Shown: positions 42,440 through 54,105, counted from the first letter of the stretch. The stretch is 64,000 nucleotides of DNA from an uncultured Planctomycetota bacterium (GCA_963845755.1 CAWJTV010000009.1:128001-192000), one strand, 5' to 3'. Translations and numbers: made by a program. Notes: generated by a model not told the origin, from the sequence alone.

Positions 42440-44194
42440 ATGGCGAAGACAACGGGCGACATCATCGTCGAGAAGCTGCTCGAGTGGGGAGTCGATACGG
42501 CTTTCGGCATACCCGGCGACGGGATCAACGGGATCTTCGAGTCGCTACGGCAGAACCGCGAGAAGATCCGTTTCATCCAGTGCCGGCACGAGGAAGCGGC
42601 CGCTTTCGCCGCCTGCGGCTATGCCAAGTTCACCGGGCGATTAGGCGTGTGCTTCGCCACCAGTGGTCCCGGTGCCATCCATCTCCTCAACGGGCTCTAC
42701 GACGCCAAGCTCGACCACGCCCCGGTCCTCGCGATCACCGGGCATACGTATCACGATCAGATCGGTACCTTCTTCCAGCAGGAGATCGACATCCTCGCAC
42801 TTTTCGAGGACGTCGCGGATTACAACCACATGATCCTGGGCGCCAAGCATGCGCAGGTGCTGGTCGATCTGGCCTGCCGGTCGGCCCTGTCGACCCGAAG
42901 CGTCTCGCACCTGACCTGTCCGGCCGATATTCAGGACCGGTCCACTTCCGAAGAAATCTCGTCGATGCAGATGGTCCCCGGCCATACGTCCACCGGGTGG
43001 CGCGCGCCGATCGTCGTACCGCAGCGAGAGACGCTCAAGGCCGCCGCGGAGTTCCTCAACTCCCAGAAGAAGATGGTCATCCTCTCCGGCCTGGGCGCCC
43101 TCGGCGCCACCGACGAGCTGGAACGGCTCGCGGACGTGCTGGCCGCGCCGATCATCAAGCCGTTGCTGGGCAAGGCCACGGTGCCCGACGATTCGCCGTT
43201 CACGACGGGCGGGATCGGGCTGCTGGGGACCCGGCCCTCGGAGCTGGCCATGGAGGAATGCGAGGCGTTGTTCCTGATCGGGACGAGCTTCCCCTATCTC
43301 AAGTGGTATCCCAAGCCGGGTCAGGCCAAGGCCGTCCAGCTCGACATCGATCCGCGACGGATCGGCCTGCGGCACCCGGTGGACATCGGCATGGTCGGCG
43401 ATACCAAGGCGACCCTGCAGGAGCTCCTGCCCCTGCTGAAGCCGCAGAAGGACCGCTCCTTCCTCGAGAAGGCCCAGGGTCGCATGAAGGAATGGAACGA
43501 GTTGATGCGGACCCGGGAGACCAGGGACGACGCGCCGCTCAAGCCGCAAGTCGTCGCGCGGCACGTCAACGACCTTCTGAAGGACGATGCGATCGTCTCG
43601 ACCGACTCGGGGACGATCACCACCTGGGCGGCGCGGCACATCCACATGCGACGGGGGATGATGTTCTCGTGCTCGGGAAACCTGGCCACGATGGCGCCCG
43701 GCCTGCCCTACGCCATCGGCGCCCAGGCGGCCTATCCCGATCGCCAGGTCGTGGCGTTCGTCGGCGACGGCGGTTTCACGATGCTGATGGGCGATTTCGT
43801 CACGGCGGTCAAGCACGAGCTGCCGATCAAGGTCGTCATCATCAAGAACAACACCCTCGGCCAGATCAAGTGGGAGCAGATGATCTTCCTGGGCAATCCC
43901 GAATATGAGGTCGCGCTGCACCCGATCGATTTCGTGAAGTTCGCCGAGGCGTGCGGCGGCGTGGGGTTCCGCTGCGAGAAACCCGAGGAAGTCCGCCCGG
44001 CGCTGGAGGCGGCGTTCGCCAGCAAGAGGCCGGCGATCGTCGAGGCGGTCGTCGATCCGTTCGAACCGCCCATGCCTGCCCAGGCAACTCCGCAGCAGGC
44101 CCTGCGCCTCGCGGAGTCGCTGATCCGCGGCCAGCCGGACGGCGGCAAGATTATCTCCTCCATCTTCAAGGACAAGGTCAAGGAGCTGGTCTGA
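42440..44194 (+). CDS. poxB: TPP-dependent pyruvate oxidase/dehydrogenase family enzyme
   Basis: FGIPGDGIN, RHEEAAAF, TSGPGAIHLLNGLYDA, SGNLATM, GDGGF..NN. Confidence 0.9.
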   Translation: MAKTTGDIIVEKLLEWGVDTAFGIPGDGINGIFESLRQNREKIRFIQCRHEEAAAFAACGYAKFTGRLGVCFATSGPGAIHLLNGLYDAKLDHAPVLAITGHTYHDQIGTFFQQEIDILALFEDVADYNHMILGAKHAQVLVDLACRSALSTRSVSHLTCPADIQDRSTSEEISSMQMVPGHTSTGWRAPIVVPQRETLKAAAEFLNSQKKMVILSGLGALGATDELERLADVLAAPIIKPLLGKATVPDDSPFTTGGIGLLGTRPSELAMEECEALFLIGTSFPYLKWYPKPGQAKAVQLDIDPRRIGLRHPVDIGMVGDTKATLQELLPLLKPQKDRSFLEKAQGRMKEWNELMRTRETRDDAPLKPQVVARHVNDLLKDDAIVSTDSGTITTWAARHIHMRRGMMFSCSGNLATMAPGLPYAIGAQAAYPDRQVVAFVGDGGFTMLMGDFVTAVKHELPIKVVIIKNNTLGQIKWEQMIFLGNPEYEVALHPIDFVKFAEACGGVGFRCEKPEEVRPALEAAFASKRPAIVEAVVDPFEPPMPAQATPQQALRLAESLIRGQPDGGKIISSIFKDKVKELV

Positions 44195-44260
44195 GTCGCC
44201 CCGCCTTTCCAGTGGTCTCGGGTTGGGTCGCTCACGCGCGGGAGATGGGGATCAATCATC

Positions 44261-45370
44261 ATGGGTAATCGCTTCGGTTCCGAAGGTGTCCCCGTCCAGC
44301 GGATCGACGTGTCGGCCTATACGGTGCCCACCGACGCGCCGGAATCGGATGGCACCTACTCCTGGCATGCGACGACTCTGGTCCTGGTCGAGGCCCAGGC
44401 GGGAGGTAAGACCGGCCTTGGCTATTCGTATGCCGACACGGCGACCGCACGGCTGGTGCGCGACCTACTCGCCGATGTGGTCCGGGGCCGGGATGCGATG
44501 GACGTACCTGGTGCATTCGCGGCGATGGAGGCAGCGATCCGCAACCTGGGGCGGCCGGGCATCGCCGCGATGGCCATCTCCGCCGTGGATACCGCCCTCT
44601 GGGACGTTAAGGCCCGCCTGCTCGATCTCCCGATGGTCGCGCTCCTCGGCTCGGTCCGGGATGCCGCGCCGGTGTACGGCAGCGGCGGATTCACGTCGTA
44701 CTCGAATGGCCGTCTCTGCGAGCAGCTCGGGGGCTGGGCTGCCTCGGGTATCCCTCGAGTCAAGATGAAGATCGGCCGGCGTCCGTCCGACGACGTCGAC
44801 CGCGTGAGGGAAGCTCGCAAGTATATCGGGCCGGATGTCGAGCTATTCGTCGATGCCAACGGCGCCTACAGTCGCAAACAGGCGCTCGCCATGGCCGAGG
44901 TCTTCGCCGGGCTCGAGGTGAGGTGGTTCGAGGAGCCGGTCTCCTCCGACGACCTCGAGGGTCTGCGGCTCCTCCGCGACCGTGCGCCGGCCGGCATGGA
45001 GATCGCCGCGGGTGAATACGGCTACGATCTATTCTACTTCCGGCGGATGCTCGAGGCCGGCGCTGTCGATGTGCTCCAGGCCGACGCGACCCGTTGCGGC
45101 GGGATCACCGGCTTCCTCAAGGCCGGTGTCCTGTGCGAGGCGCGGTCGATGCCCCTCTCCGCCCATTGCGCCCCGGCGCTGCACATGCACCCCGCTTGCG
45201 TCCTGCCGAATTTCCGGCACCTGGAGTATTTTCACGACCACCAACGCATCGAGAATCTCCTTTTCGAAGGGGTGGTGATGCCGGAGGGGGGCGTGTTACG
45301 GCCCGACCTGTCGCGTAACGGCCTGGGCCTGGAGTTCAAGCGGCAGGATGCCGCGCGCTATGCCGTCTGA
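44261..45370 (+). CDS. Mandelate racemase/muconate lactonizing enzyme family protein
   Basis: KMKIG, VDANG, FEEP, AGE, DATRCGG, SAH. Confidence 0.9.
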   Translation: MGNRFGSEGVPVQRIDVSAYTVPTDAPESDGTYSWHATTLVLVEAQAGGKTGLGYSYADTATARLVRDLLADVVRGRDAMDVPGAFAAMEAAIRNLGRPGIAAMAISAVDTALWDVKARLLDLPMVALLGSVRDAAPVYGSGGFTSYSNGRLCEQLGGWAASGIPRVKMKIGRRPSDDVDRVREARKYIGPDVELFVDANGAYSRKQALAMAEVFAGLEVRWFEEPVSSDDLEGLRLLRDRAPAGMEIAAGEYGYDLFYFRRMLEAGAVDVLQADATRCGGITGFLKAGVLCEARSMPLSAHCAPALHMHPACVLPNFRHLEYFHDHQRIENLLFEGVVMPEGGVLRPDLSRNGLGLEFKRQDAARYAV

Positions 45371-45400
45371 CGGGACCATGACTCACGAAGGGAGAGGACC

Positions 45401-48400
45401 ATGGCGACTGCGACCACGACCGCTCAACGGCACCGCAAGGAAGTGAAAGGGCCGCTCCTCATCGACGCTGGGGCGATCGCGGCCGAGCTGCGCCGGGAAA
45501 TCCGAGGCGAAGTGCGGTTCGATGCCGGCAGCCGCGCCTTGTACGCCACGGATGGTTCGAACTACCGACAGGTGCCGATCGGCGTCGTGATCCCCTCAAA
45601 CATCGAAGATGTGGTCAAGACGGTCGCCGTCTGCCGGCGCCACGGCGCCCCGCTTCTATCGCGTGGCGGGGGAACCAGCCTGACAGGTGGCTGCTGCAAC
45701 ATCGCGGTCGTGCTGGACTGGTCGAAGCACATCAACAAGGTGCTGGTGATCGACCCCGACAAGAAGCTGGCGCGGGTGCAGCCGGGCACCGTGCTCGACG
45801 TCCTCCGTACTCAGGCCGAGAAGCATGGCCTGACGTTCGCGCCCGACCCTTCGACGCACACGCACAACACCCTCGGCGGGATGATCGGCAACAATTCCTG
45901 CGGAGTCCACTCGCTGATGGGCCTGGGGACCGGCCGGACCTCCGACCAGGTCCATGAGCTGGAGATCCTCCTCTACGACGGCACCCGGATGACCGTCGGC
46001 GCCGCGAGCGAAGACGAGCTGGAGCGGATCATCCGGGAAGGCGGCCGCAAGGGAGAGATTTACGAACGGCTCAAAACCCTTCGCGACCGTTATGCCGACG
46101 AGATCCGTCGTCGATATCCCCGGGATCTTCCGAGGAGGGTCTCCGGATACAACCTCGACGACCTCCTGCCGGAGAAGGGGTTCCACGTCGCCCGCGCGCT
46201 CGCGGGTACCGAGGGAACCTGTGTCACCGTGCTCGAGGCCAGCGTGCATCTGGTGCCTAGCCCGGCCGTCAAGTCGCTGCTGGTGCTCGGCTATCCGGAC
46301 GTCTATCAGCGCCGGCGACCACGTGCCCGAGATCCTGGAGGCCGGGCCGGTCGGCCTGGAAGGACTCGACGATATCCTCGTTCAGGATATGAAAAAGAAG
46401 CACATCCATCCCCAGGACATCACGTTGCTGCCCGAAGGTGGAGGCTGGCTGCTGGTCGAGTTCGGCGGCGAGACCAAGGAGGAATCCGACGCCAAGGCGT
46501 ACGCGCTGATGAAACAATTGAAGCAGTCGAAGAACCGTCCGTCGATGAAACTGTTCGACGACGAGTCGGAAGAGCAACATCTCTGGAAGGTCCGGGAATC
46601 GGGATTGGGCGCGACCGCGCGCATCCCCGGCGAGAAGGACGCGTGGGAGGGATGGGAAGATTCCGCCGTCCCGCCGCATCGCGTCGGAGATTACCTCCGC
46701 GACCTGCGCAAGCTGTTCCAGAAGCACGGCTATAATTGCTCGCTCTATGGACATTTCGGTCAGGGTTGCATTCACACCCGGATCGACTTCGAGCTCAAGA
46801 CCTACGAAGGGGTCCAGCGATTCCGCAGGTTCCTGGACGAGGCGGGCGACCTGGTCGTCAGCCATGGTGGCACGATCTCGGGCGAACACGGTGATGGCCA
46901 ATCGAAAGCGGCGCTCCTGCCCAAGATGTTCGGGCCGGAACTGGTCCGGGCCTTCGGCGAATTCAAGGCGATCTGGGACCCCGAGCACAAGATGAACCCG
47001 CATCGGGTGGTCGATCCCGCCCTGCCCGGAGAGAACCTCCGGCTCGGTCCCACGTATCGACCTCCCGAGGTCGAGACCTACTTCCAGTTCCCCGGCGACC
47101 AGGGGAGCTTCCCGTACGCGACAGAGCGGTGCGTCGGCATCGGTGAATGCCGTAAAGAAGAGCACGGGACGATGTGTCCGAGCTACATGGTGACCAAGGA
47201 GGAGATGCACTCGACGCGCGGCCGCGCCCACCTGCTCTTCGAGATGTTCCAGGGCGAGCCGATGAAAGGCGGCTGGCGGAACGAAACCGTCCGCGAGGCG
47301 CTCGACCTCTGCCTGGCGTGCAAGGGATGCCGCACCGAGTGCCCGATGAACGTGGACATGGCGACCTACAAGGCCGAATTCCTCGCCCACCACTATCAGG
47401 GCCGGCTGCGGCCCCGGCACGCCTACGCGATGGGCCTCATCTACTGGTGGGCCCGGATTGGCTCGCTGATGCCGGGGCTGGTGAACTTCGTCACGCGGCT
47501 ACCGATCGTGGGCCCGGCGCTCCAGGTGCTCGGCGGCATCTCCACCCGGCGCAAGATGCCGGTCTTCGCCCCCGAGACATTCCGAGCCTGGTGGGACCGG
47601 CGGCCGGCGCGGAATCGGGGCGGGTCGCGGGTGATCCTCTGGCCCGATACCTTCAACAACCATTTTCATCCCCAGACCGCCAAGGCGGCCGTCGAGGTGC
47701 TGGAGGACGCCGGGTTTCAGGTCGTCATCCCTCACAAATCGCTCTGTTGCGGCCGGCCGCTCTACGACTTCGGCATGCTACCCACGGCCAAGGCGATGCT
47801 CCGCGAGATCATCGACACACTCCGGCCGGAAATCGAGGCCGGCACGCCCATCGTCGGCCTGGAACCGAGCTGCGTCGCGGTCTTCCGCGACGAGCTGATG
47901 GGGCTCTTCCCGATGGACGAGGACGCCAAGCGGCTCAGCAATCAGACCTTCATCCTGAGCGAGTTCCTGGAGAAGAAGGCGCCGGATTATCGAGTTCCTC
48001 GGCTCAAGCGGAAGGCGCTGGTGCAGAAGCATTGCCATCATGAGCACGTCATGAAGTTCGATAGCGAGAATGCCATCCTGAAGAGAATCGGCCTCGACTA
48101 CGAGCTGCTCGACTCCGGATGCTGCGGCATGGCCGGCTCTTTCGGCTTCGAGAGTGGCCACTTCGAAATCTCCCAGGCCATCGGCGAGCGCGCCTTGCTC
48201 CCTGCCGTGCGGCGGGCGAGCGATGAGACGCTCATCATCGCCGACGGGTTCAGTTGCCGCGAACAGATTGCTGGCCTCACCGGCCGGGGCGCGCTGCATG
48301 TCGCCCAGGTGCTCCAGATGGCGTTGCACGAAGGGCCCGAGGGTCCTTCGGAGCCGCTTCCCGAGTCGTCCTATCAACCGCTGGGCAAGTGGGAACCGGC

Positions 48401-48545
48401 CCCATCGGCCGTGCTCCCCGCGGTTGCGGTCGGCGTCGGCGTGCTGATCGGCACCGGGATCGTCTGGGCATTGGCCCACCGCGACCATCGACCGCCGCGG
48501 ACACTCCCGTGGTCGCACCGCTCGCCAGCCAGGAGGAGATTATGA
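45401..48545 (+). CDS. FAD-linked Fe-S oxidoreductase (YdiJ-like; frameshift near 46308)
   Basis: RGGGTS, TLGGMIGNNSCG, SGEHGDG, CVGIGEC, CLACKGCRTECP, CCG motifs. Confidence 0.9.
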
Positions 48546-48841
48546 GCCGACAATCCGCCCCGTCCCACACCAGCCAGGAGGAAACCCGCCTGCATCAGAT
48601 CGACGGGGTGATCGTCTACGCCCGCAAGGACGAGCACGGCAAGCCGGCCGTCCTAGATGCCATCGACCCGGATGAAGGGAAGATCCGCGTTATCGCCGAT
48701 CGCCTCTGGCGTCGCGGTTTCGGGGTGATGCGTCAGAGGAATCCTCGGGCGGGCAAAGTCTTCTACCTGTTCAAGGCGACGTGGGCCGGCCCCGGCGAAC
48801 CGCCGGACGACCCGTTCGATCACGAGGGAGAGGGATCCTGA
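48542..48841 (+). CDS. Hypothetical protein
   Basis: ATGA overlap with the upstream stop; SD AGGAGG. Confidence 0.65.
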   Translation: MSRQSAPSHTSQEETRLHQIDGVIVYARKDEHGKPAVLDAIDPDEGKIRVIADRLWRRGFGVMRQRNPRAGKVFYLFKATWAGPGEPPDDPFDHEGEGS

Positions 48842-48855
48842 CTCCGGAGGCAAGA

Positions 48856-49290
48856 ATGAAGTCCAAGCTGATCCACGATCACGGGGGAGAGAAGACCTTC
48901 GCCCTGATCTTCGACACTGGCGACGAGGCGATGTCGGGCCTGGTCGAATTCGCCAGTGCGAACGCGCTCGGCGCCAGCCATTTCACCGCCATCGGTGCCT
49001 TCCGCGATGTGATTTTGGGCTACTTCGACTGGGAGTCGAAAAAGTACCAGAAGATCCCGGTTCGCGAGCAGGTCGAGGTCCTCTCGCTGATCGGCGATGT
49101 CGCGCTCAAGGACGGCGTGTCGAAAGTGCATGCCCACGTTGTTGTCGGCCGCTCTGACGGCTCGACGCGCGGCGGACACCTGATCGAGGGGCATGTCCGA
49201 CCGACCCTGGAAGTCATCCTCACGGAATCGCCCGAACACTTGCAGAAGGAAGTTGACGAACAATCCGGGCTCGCACTGATCCGGATCTGA
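48856..49290 (+). CDS. PPC/DUF296 domain protein
   Basis: AIGA..EVLSLIG..HAHVVVG..GGHL..RPTLE. Confidence 0.9.
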   Translation: MKSKLIHDHGGEKTFALIFDTGDEAMSGLVEFASANALGASHFTAIGAFRDVILGYFDWESKKYQKIPVREQVEVLSLIGDVALKDGVSKVHAHVVVGRSDGSTRGGHLIEGHVRPTLEVILTESPEHLQKEVDEQSGLALIRI

Positions 49291-49323
49291 CAATTCCCCC
49301 CATATTTCGGCCCTCGGAAGACC

Positions 49324-50352
49324 ATGATAAGCTCGAGTCAACCCGAAGTCGTCGTCATCACGGGAGCATCCGCCGGTGTGGGCCGCGCGACCGCCCGCGC
49401 GTTCGCCAAGCGGGGGGCACATGTCGGCCTCCTGGCGCGGGGCGTCGCGGGCCTGGAAGGCGCCAGCCGGGATGTCGAATCCCTGGGAGGGCGGGCGCTC
49501 GTCGTGCCGACCGAAGTCGCCGATGCCGGCCAGGTGGAGGCCGCGGCAGCGGCGGTCGAGGCCGAATTCGGCCCGATCGACGTTTGGGTCAACAACGCCA
49601 TGGTCTCGGTCTTCTCGCCGGTCATGGAGATGACGCCCGAGGAATATCGCCGGGTGACCGAGGTGACGTATCTCGGCACGGTCTACGGCACCCTGGCCGC
49701 CCTGCGGCGGATGCGACCTCGCGACCGCGGCGCGATTGTTCAGGTTGGCTCGGCGCTGGCGTACCGAGGCATCCCCCTGCAATCGGCCTACTGTGCCGCG
49801 AAGCACGCGATCGAAGGATTCTGCGATTCACTCCACTGCGAGCTGATCCACGACCGGAGTCGCGTCCGGCTGACGATGGTCCAGATGCCCGCGCTAAACA
49901 CGCCCCAGTTCGGCTGGGTCAAGAGCCGCCTGCCGCGGAAGGCCCAGCCTGTCCCGCCGATCTTCCAGCCCGAGGTCGCCGCCGAGGCCATCGTCTGGGC
50001 GGCGCACCACCACCGGCGCTCGCTTATGGTCGGCTGGCCCACCGTCGAGGCGATCGTCGGCAACAAGCTCGCGCCGGGGTGGCTCGACGCGTACCTGGCC
50101 CATACCGGTTTCGACGCCCAGATGACCGGCGAACCCGAGGAGCCGGGCCGCCCCGACAACCTCTGGGAGCCCGTCGATGCCGGCCAGGATCATGGCGCAC
50201 ACGGGACGTTCGATCGCTGGTCCAGCGACGCGAGCTGGCAACTCTGGGCCGACCGGAATCGCGGCTGGCTCGCCCTGGTCGGTTGTGGCCTGACGGGCCT
50301 GGCTTGCGGCGCCCTCCTAGCGAGGAACCGGCGGCGTGGACTTCCCGGTTGA
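49324..50352 (+). CDS. SDR oxidoreductase with C-terminal membrane anchor
   Basis: TGASAGVG, NNA, YCAAK, NTPQF. Confidence 0.92.
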   Translation: MISSSQPEVVVITGASAGVGRATARAFAKRGAHVGLLARGVAGLEGASRDVESLGGRALVVPTEVADAGQVEAAAAAVEAEFGPIDVWVNNAMVSVFSPVMEMTPEEYRRVTEVTYLGTVYGTLAALRRMRPRDRGAIVQVGSALAYRGIPLQSAYCAAKHAIEGFCDSLHCELIHDRSRVRLTMVQMPALNTPQFGWVKSRLPRKAQPVPPIFQPEVAAEAIVWAAHHHRRSLMVGWPTVEAIVGNKLAPGWLDAYLAHTGFDAQMTGEPEEPGRPDNLWEPVDAGQDHGAHGTFDRWSSDASWQLWADRNRGWLALVGCGLTGLACGALLARNRRRGLPG

Positions 50353-50428
50353 GTCGACGGCATTCGATTTGCGAGACCAGGTTGTTCACGGCTTTACGAC
50401 GGCATTCCTGAGTTACCGGAGAATCATC

Positions 50429-50737
50429 ATGCCTCGGGGCGACAAGTCGAAGTACACCGACAAGCAGAAACGCAAGGCCGAGCACATCGCCGAGAGCTAC
50501 GAGGATCGCGGCGTGCCCGAGAAGGTGGCGAAGAGCCGCGCTTGGGCCACGGTGAACAAGGAGTCCGGCGGCGGCAACAAGTCCGGGAGCGGCCACGGCA
50601 AGCCGGACACCCACGTCTCTAGCAAGAAGGGCGGCAAGATCGGAGGGGCCGCCGCGGCGTCCTGACCGGCAACAGCCCGATCCGCCTCGGCGAAGAAGGC
50701 CGCCGCGACGCGCAAGCGAAAAGCGGACGCGAAATAG
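50429..50737 (+). pseudogene. Small basic stress protein (MPRGDKS family) with in-frame TGA at 50663-65
   Basis: MPRGDKSKYTDKQKRKAEHI..AWATVNK; the family-like tail RSASAKKAAATRKR continues in frame after the stop. Confidence 0.7.
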
Positions 50738-51029
50738 TGCCTTCCCGTGGAGGATCCCTGCGTCTCGCGCGAATCACGGGGATCCTCGATTCAAGTTCCG
50801 GATCCAAACTCGAGTTCGCGAATCATCCTCAAGGATTTTGAATCGGACTCGGGATTCCCCATTCCGTCACGGCCGATGGCCGCATCAGGCGAGACTCCGC
50901 ACGAACGGATGCGCCAGTTACTCCACGTCGCCGGGCGAAGTTAAGGGAACGGGATGTTGCATTTGCAATACCGTTCATCGCCATGCCACTCGATCGACTG
51001 CACGAGGAAGTACAACGAAGGAGAATTGC

Positions 51030-51743
51030 ATGTATCATCATGTCAAGAAACTCATGTACACGGTGAGGATCGGTACCCCGGAGCCGAGGTTCGGCAACAT
51101 GCTCCTGGAGCAGTTCGGTGGTGCCAACGGTGAGCTGGCGGCGGCCATGCAGTATTCGGTCCAGGGGATCAACTGCGAGGACCCGGCCCGAAAGGACTTG
51201 TTGATGGACATCGGCACGGAAGAGCTGAGTCATCTCGAGGTCATCGGTACGCTGGCCCGGTTGCATCTCAAGCCGACCAAGGACGCTCGCCGCACGGCCG
51301 AGGCGGACCCGATGGTCGCCATCTGCGGAGGTGGCGGCGTCAATCTGTACAACTCGCAGGGCGACCCTTGGACGGCCGATTATCTGAAGATCACCGGCGA
51401 GCTCGACGTCAACCTCCGCAGCAACATCGCCGCCGAAGCCCGCGCGAAGATCGTCTATGAGCGCCTCATCAACTTCACCGACGACGCCGGCACCAAGGAT
51501 GCGCTCCAGTTCCTCATGACCCGCGAGATCACCCACATGAAGGCGTTCGCGGCGGCGCTGGAGAGCATGGGCAAGGATCCCTTCACGATCGGCAAGCTGC
51601 CGCCGACGCCAGGCCTGGTCGATCAGTATTTCAACGATTCCACCGGGGAAGGCGAGGCGGGGCAGGACATGCGCGGGCCCTGGAATGAGGGGAAGGACTG
51701 GCAGTACGTCGAGTCGCCCGCCTTCGGGAAGCGGAAGGTTTGA
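51030..51743 (+). CDS. Manganese catalase family protein
   Basis: EQFGGANGE..QY, DIGTEELSHLE, NIAAEARA, REITH. Confidence 0.93.
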   Translation: MYHHVKKLMYTVRIGTPEPRFGNMLLEQFGGANGELAAAMQYSVQGINCEDPARKDLLMDIGTEELSHLEVIGTLARLHLKPTKDARRTAEADPMVAICGGGGVNLYNSQGDPWTADYLKITGELDVNLRSNIAAEARAKIVYERLINFTDDAGTKDALQFLMTREITHMKAFAAALESMGKDPFTIGKLPPTPGLVDQYFNDSTGEGEAGQDMRGPWNEGKDWQYVESPAFGKRKV

Positions 51744-51784
51744 ATGGGCCAAGGTCATATCGTTCAACCAGCGGGGAATCGGTG

Positions 51785-52006
51785 ATGGGGAACCAAGATA
51801 AGAAGGATGAGTTGATCGTCAGCGCCGATGAGACAGGTCGCCCTTACATTATGGTGGATCGAAGCAGGGCGGAGGCATTGAAGGATTATCTGGCCGAGAA
51901 TGGATTCTCTTCGACCCATATCAAGGACGACGACGGCGATTTCCTGAACCTCGGGAACGCCGATCCGGAGGAGGTGCAGAGCCTGGTGGACGAGTGGACC
52001 GGCTGA
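51785..52006 (+). CDS. Small hypothetical protein
   Basis: Plausible composition and codon usage downstream of the catalase. Confidence 0.55.
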   Translation: MGNQDKKDELIVSADETGRPYIMVDRSRAEALKDYLAENGFSSTHIKDDDGDFLNLGNADPEEVQSLVDEWTG

Positions 52007-52193
52007 GATCTGAAGCCTGGGGACGATCGCCGGGCCGAGCTCGGGCGAGGTGGCAACCGTCGAACGGATCGATTAGATTACTCACGCTCGGTTCGAGAGA
52101 AGCGGCAGACTCCGAGTCGGTGGCCAGGAGTGCGAATCGAGGCATTCGGTCGAGGGTGAAGGGTGTCCCCGATCGGGAAGATTCAACGGAGGG

Positions 52194-54101
52194 ATGGCGG
52201 TCATGGACGACTTCGTCACGGGCTGGGAACATCTACGATCCGGGCGGCTCGCCGAGGCCGAGTCGTGCTATCGCCGCTTCCTCGACGGCCATCCGGACCA
52301 CGCCGAAGCCTGGGCGGCCCTCGGCCACGTGGCCTTCAACCGACAGGACCTCGACGAGTCCATCCGTTGCAACCTCCGCAGCCTCGACTTGAGCCCGAAC
52401 GTGGCGGAGGTTCTTACGAACCTCGGCGTGGCCTACGCGGTCCGGCGCGACTTCGTCTCCGCCGAGCAGGTATTCCGACGGGCGGTCGCGGTCCTACCCC
52501 CATTCCTCGGCGCCTTTCGCAACCTGGGCCACGTACTGCGCAATCTGGGGAAACTCGACGAAGCCATCGCGGCCTACCAGCAAGCGAGGATGCTCAACCC
52601 GGCGGATGTCAACGTCCTCGGCGGACTGGCCAGCGCCCTCCAGGAGGCGGACCGGGCGGCCGAGGCAGTCGGGTCCCTGGTCGAGGCGGTCCGGCTTGCG
52701 CCGCGGTCCGCCCAGTTTCAGCAGCGACTCGCCGTCGCGCTGGCGAAGGCCGATCGATACGACGAGGCCGAGGTCGCCTTCCGCCGCGTCCTGGTGCTGG
52801 ACCCGACCGACGCCAACAACTACAGCGGTCTCGGGGTCGTCCAGGCCAAGCTGCATCGCTTCGAGGAGGCCGAGGCTTCGTATCGCGCGGCGATCCGGCA
52901 CGACCCCCAACTCGTCGCGGCCCACCAGAACCTCGGCAACCTCTTCCGCGACCTGGATCGCTACGACGAGGCGCTGGCCTGCTACGCGACCGCAACCGGG
53001 CTCGACCCGGGCTCGCCCGACGTCCAGAACAATCTCGGTGTCGCCCTGGGCCGACTCGGCAGGCATGAAGAAGCGATCCGCGCCTATGACCGGGCACTCG
53101 AACGGAACCCGGCGCATCGCGATGCGCGGAAGAATCGCGCGATCATGAAGCTGGCGCTCGGCGATTATCTCGAGGGATTCGCCGAATTCGAGCGGCGCTG
53201 GGAGTGCAGGGACTTCGTGCGTCCCGACTTCGCGCAGGCCGTCTGGGGGGGCGAGCCGATCGCAGGAAGGACGATCCTCCTGATCGCCGAACAAGGGCTC
53301 GGCGACACCATCAAGTTCATCCGGTTCGTCCCCAAGGTCAAGGCCCTGGGCGCGACGGTGGTGTTCCGCTGCCCGTTGCCGCTCGTAAGCCTCTTCGCCG
53401 GCTTTCCGGGAATCGATGTCCTCGTCCCGGAAGGGGATCCTTTGCCCCCGTTCGACACCTATGCCCCGCTCATCAGCCTCGCGGCCATCTTTCGGACCGG
53501 CATCGAAGATGTTCCCGGGATCCTCCCCGTTCCCTACCTGAGAGCCGACTCGGAGCTCGTCCGGCGATGGGGCGATCGGTTGGGTCCGCGCGCGCCCGGC
53601 GAACTCCGTATCGGGCTCTGCTGGCAGGGGAACCCGAGCTACAGCGGTGATTGCTATCGCTCGGCCCCGCTGGCGGCCTTCCTGCCGCTGGCGGACGTGC
53701 CCGGCGTGCGGTTGATCAGCCTGCAGAAGTACCACGGCGTCGACCAGATCGCCCCTCTGGCGGGCCGCCTCCGCCTGCTCGACCCCGGCGAGGAGCTGGA
53801 CGGTGACGACCAGCCCTTCCGGGACATCGCGGCGCTCATGATGCTCCTGGACGTGATGGTGACGATCGACTCATCGCCGGTGCACCTGGCCGGGGCCCTG
53901 GGGGTGCCGACCTGGCTGGCACTGTCGTCGGTCGCGGAGTGGCATTGGATCGCCGACCGTCAGGACTCGCCGTGGTATCCGACGGTCCGGGTCTTCCGGC
54001 AGGCGGAGCTGAACGACTGGGACGACGTATTCCGCCGCATGGCCCGGGGATTGACCGATTTGCAGAAACGTCGTGTTCCCGACTCATGCAAATCGCCGTA
54101 A
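52194..54101 (+). CDS. TPR-repeat glycosyltransferase (GT9-like C-terminus)
   Basis: 34-aa TPRs, EQGLGDTI.F.RF, IGLCWQGNP, SLQK, HLAGALGVP, SPWYPT. Confidence 0.9.
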   Translation: MAVMDDFVTGWEHLRSGRLAEAESCYRRFLDGHPDHAEAWAALGHVAFNRQDLDESIRCNLRSLDLSPNVAEVLTNLGVAYAVRRDFVSAEQVFRRAVAVLPPFLGAFRNLGHVLRNLGKLDEAIAAYQQARMLNPADVNVLGGLASALQEADRAAEAVGSLVEAVRLAPRSAQFQQRLAVALAKADRYDEAEVAFRRVLVLDPTDANNYSGLGVVQAKLHRFEEAEASYRAAIRHDPQLVAAHQNLGNLFRDLDRYDEALACYATATGLDPGSPDVQNNLGVALGRLGRHEEAIRAYDRALERNPAHRDARKNRAIMKLALGDYLEGFAEFERRWECRDFVRPDFAQAVWGGEPIAGRTILLIAEQGLGDTIKFIRFVPKVKALGATVVFRCPLPLVSLFAGFPGIDVLVPEGDPLPPFDTYAPLISLAAIFRTGIEDVPGILPVPYLRADSELVRRWGDRLGPRAPGELRIGLCWQGNPSYSGDCYRSAPLAAFLPLADVPGVRLISLQKYHGVDQIAPLAGRLRLLDPGEELDGDDQPFRDIAALMMLLDVMVTIDSSPVHLAGALGVPTWLALSSVAEWHWIADRQDSPWYPTVRVFRQAELNDWDDVFRRMARGLTDLQKRRVPDSCKSP

Positions 54102-54105
54102 CTAC

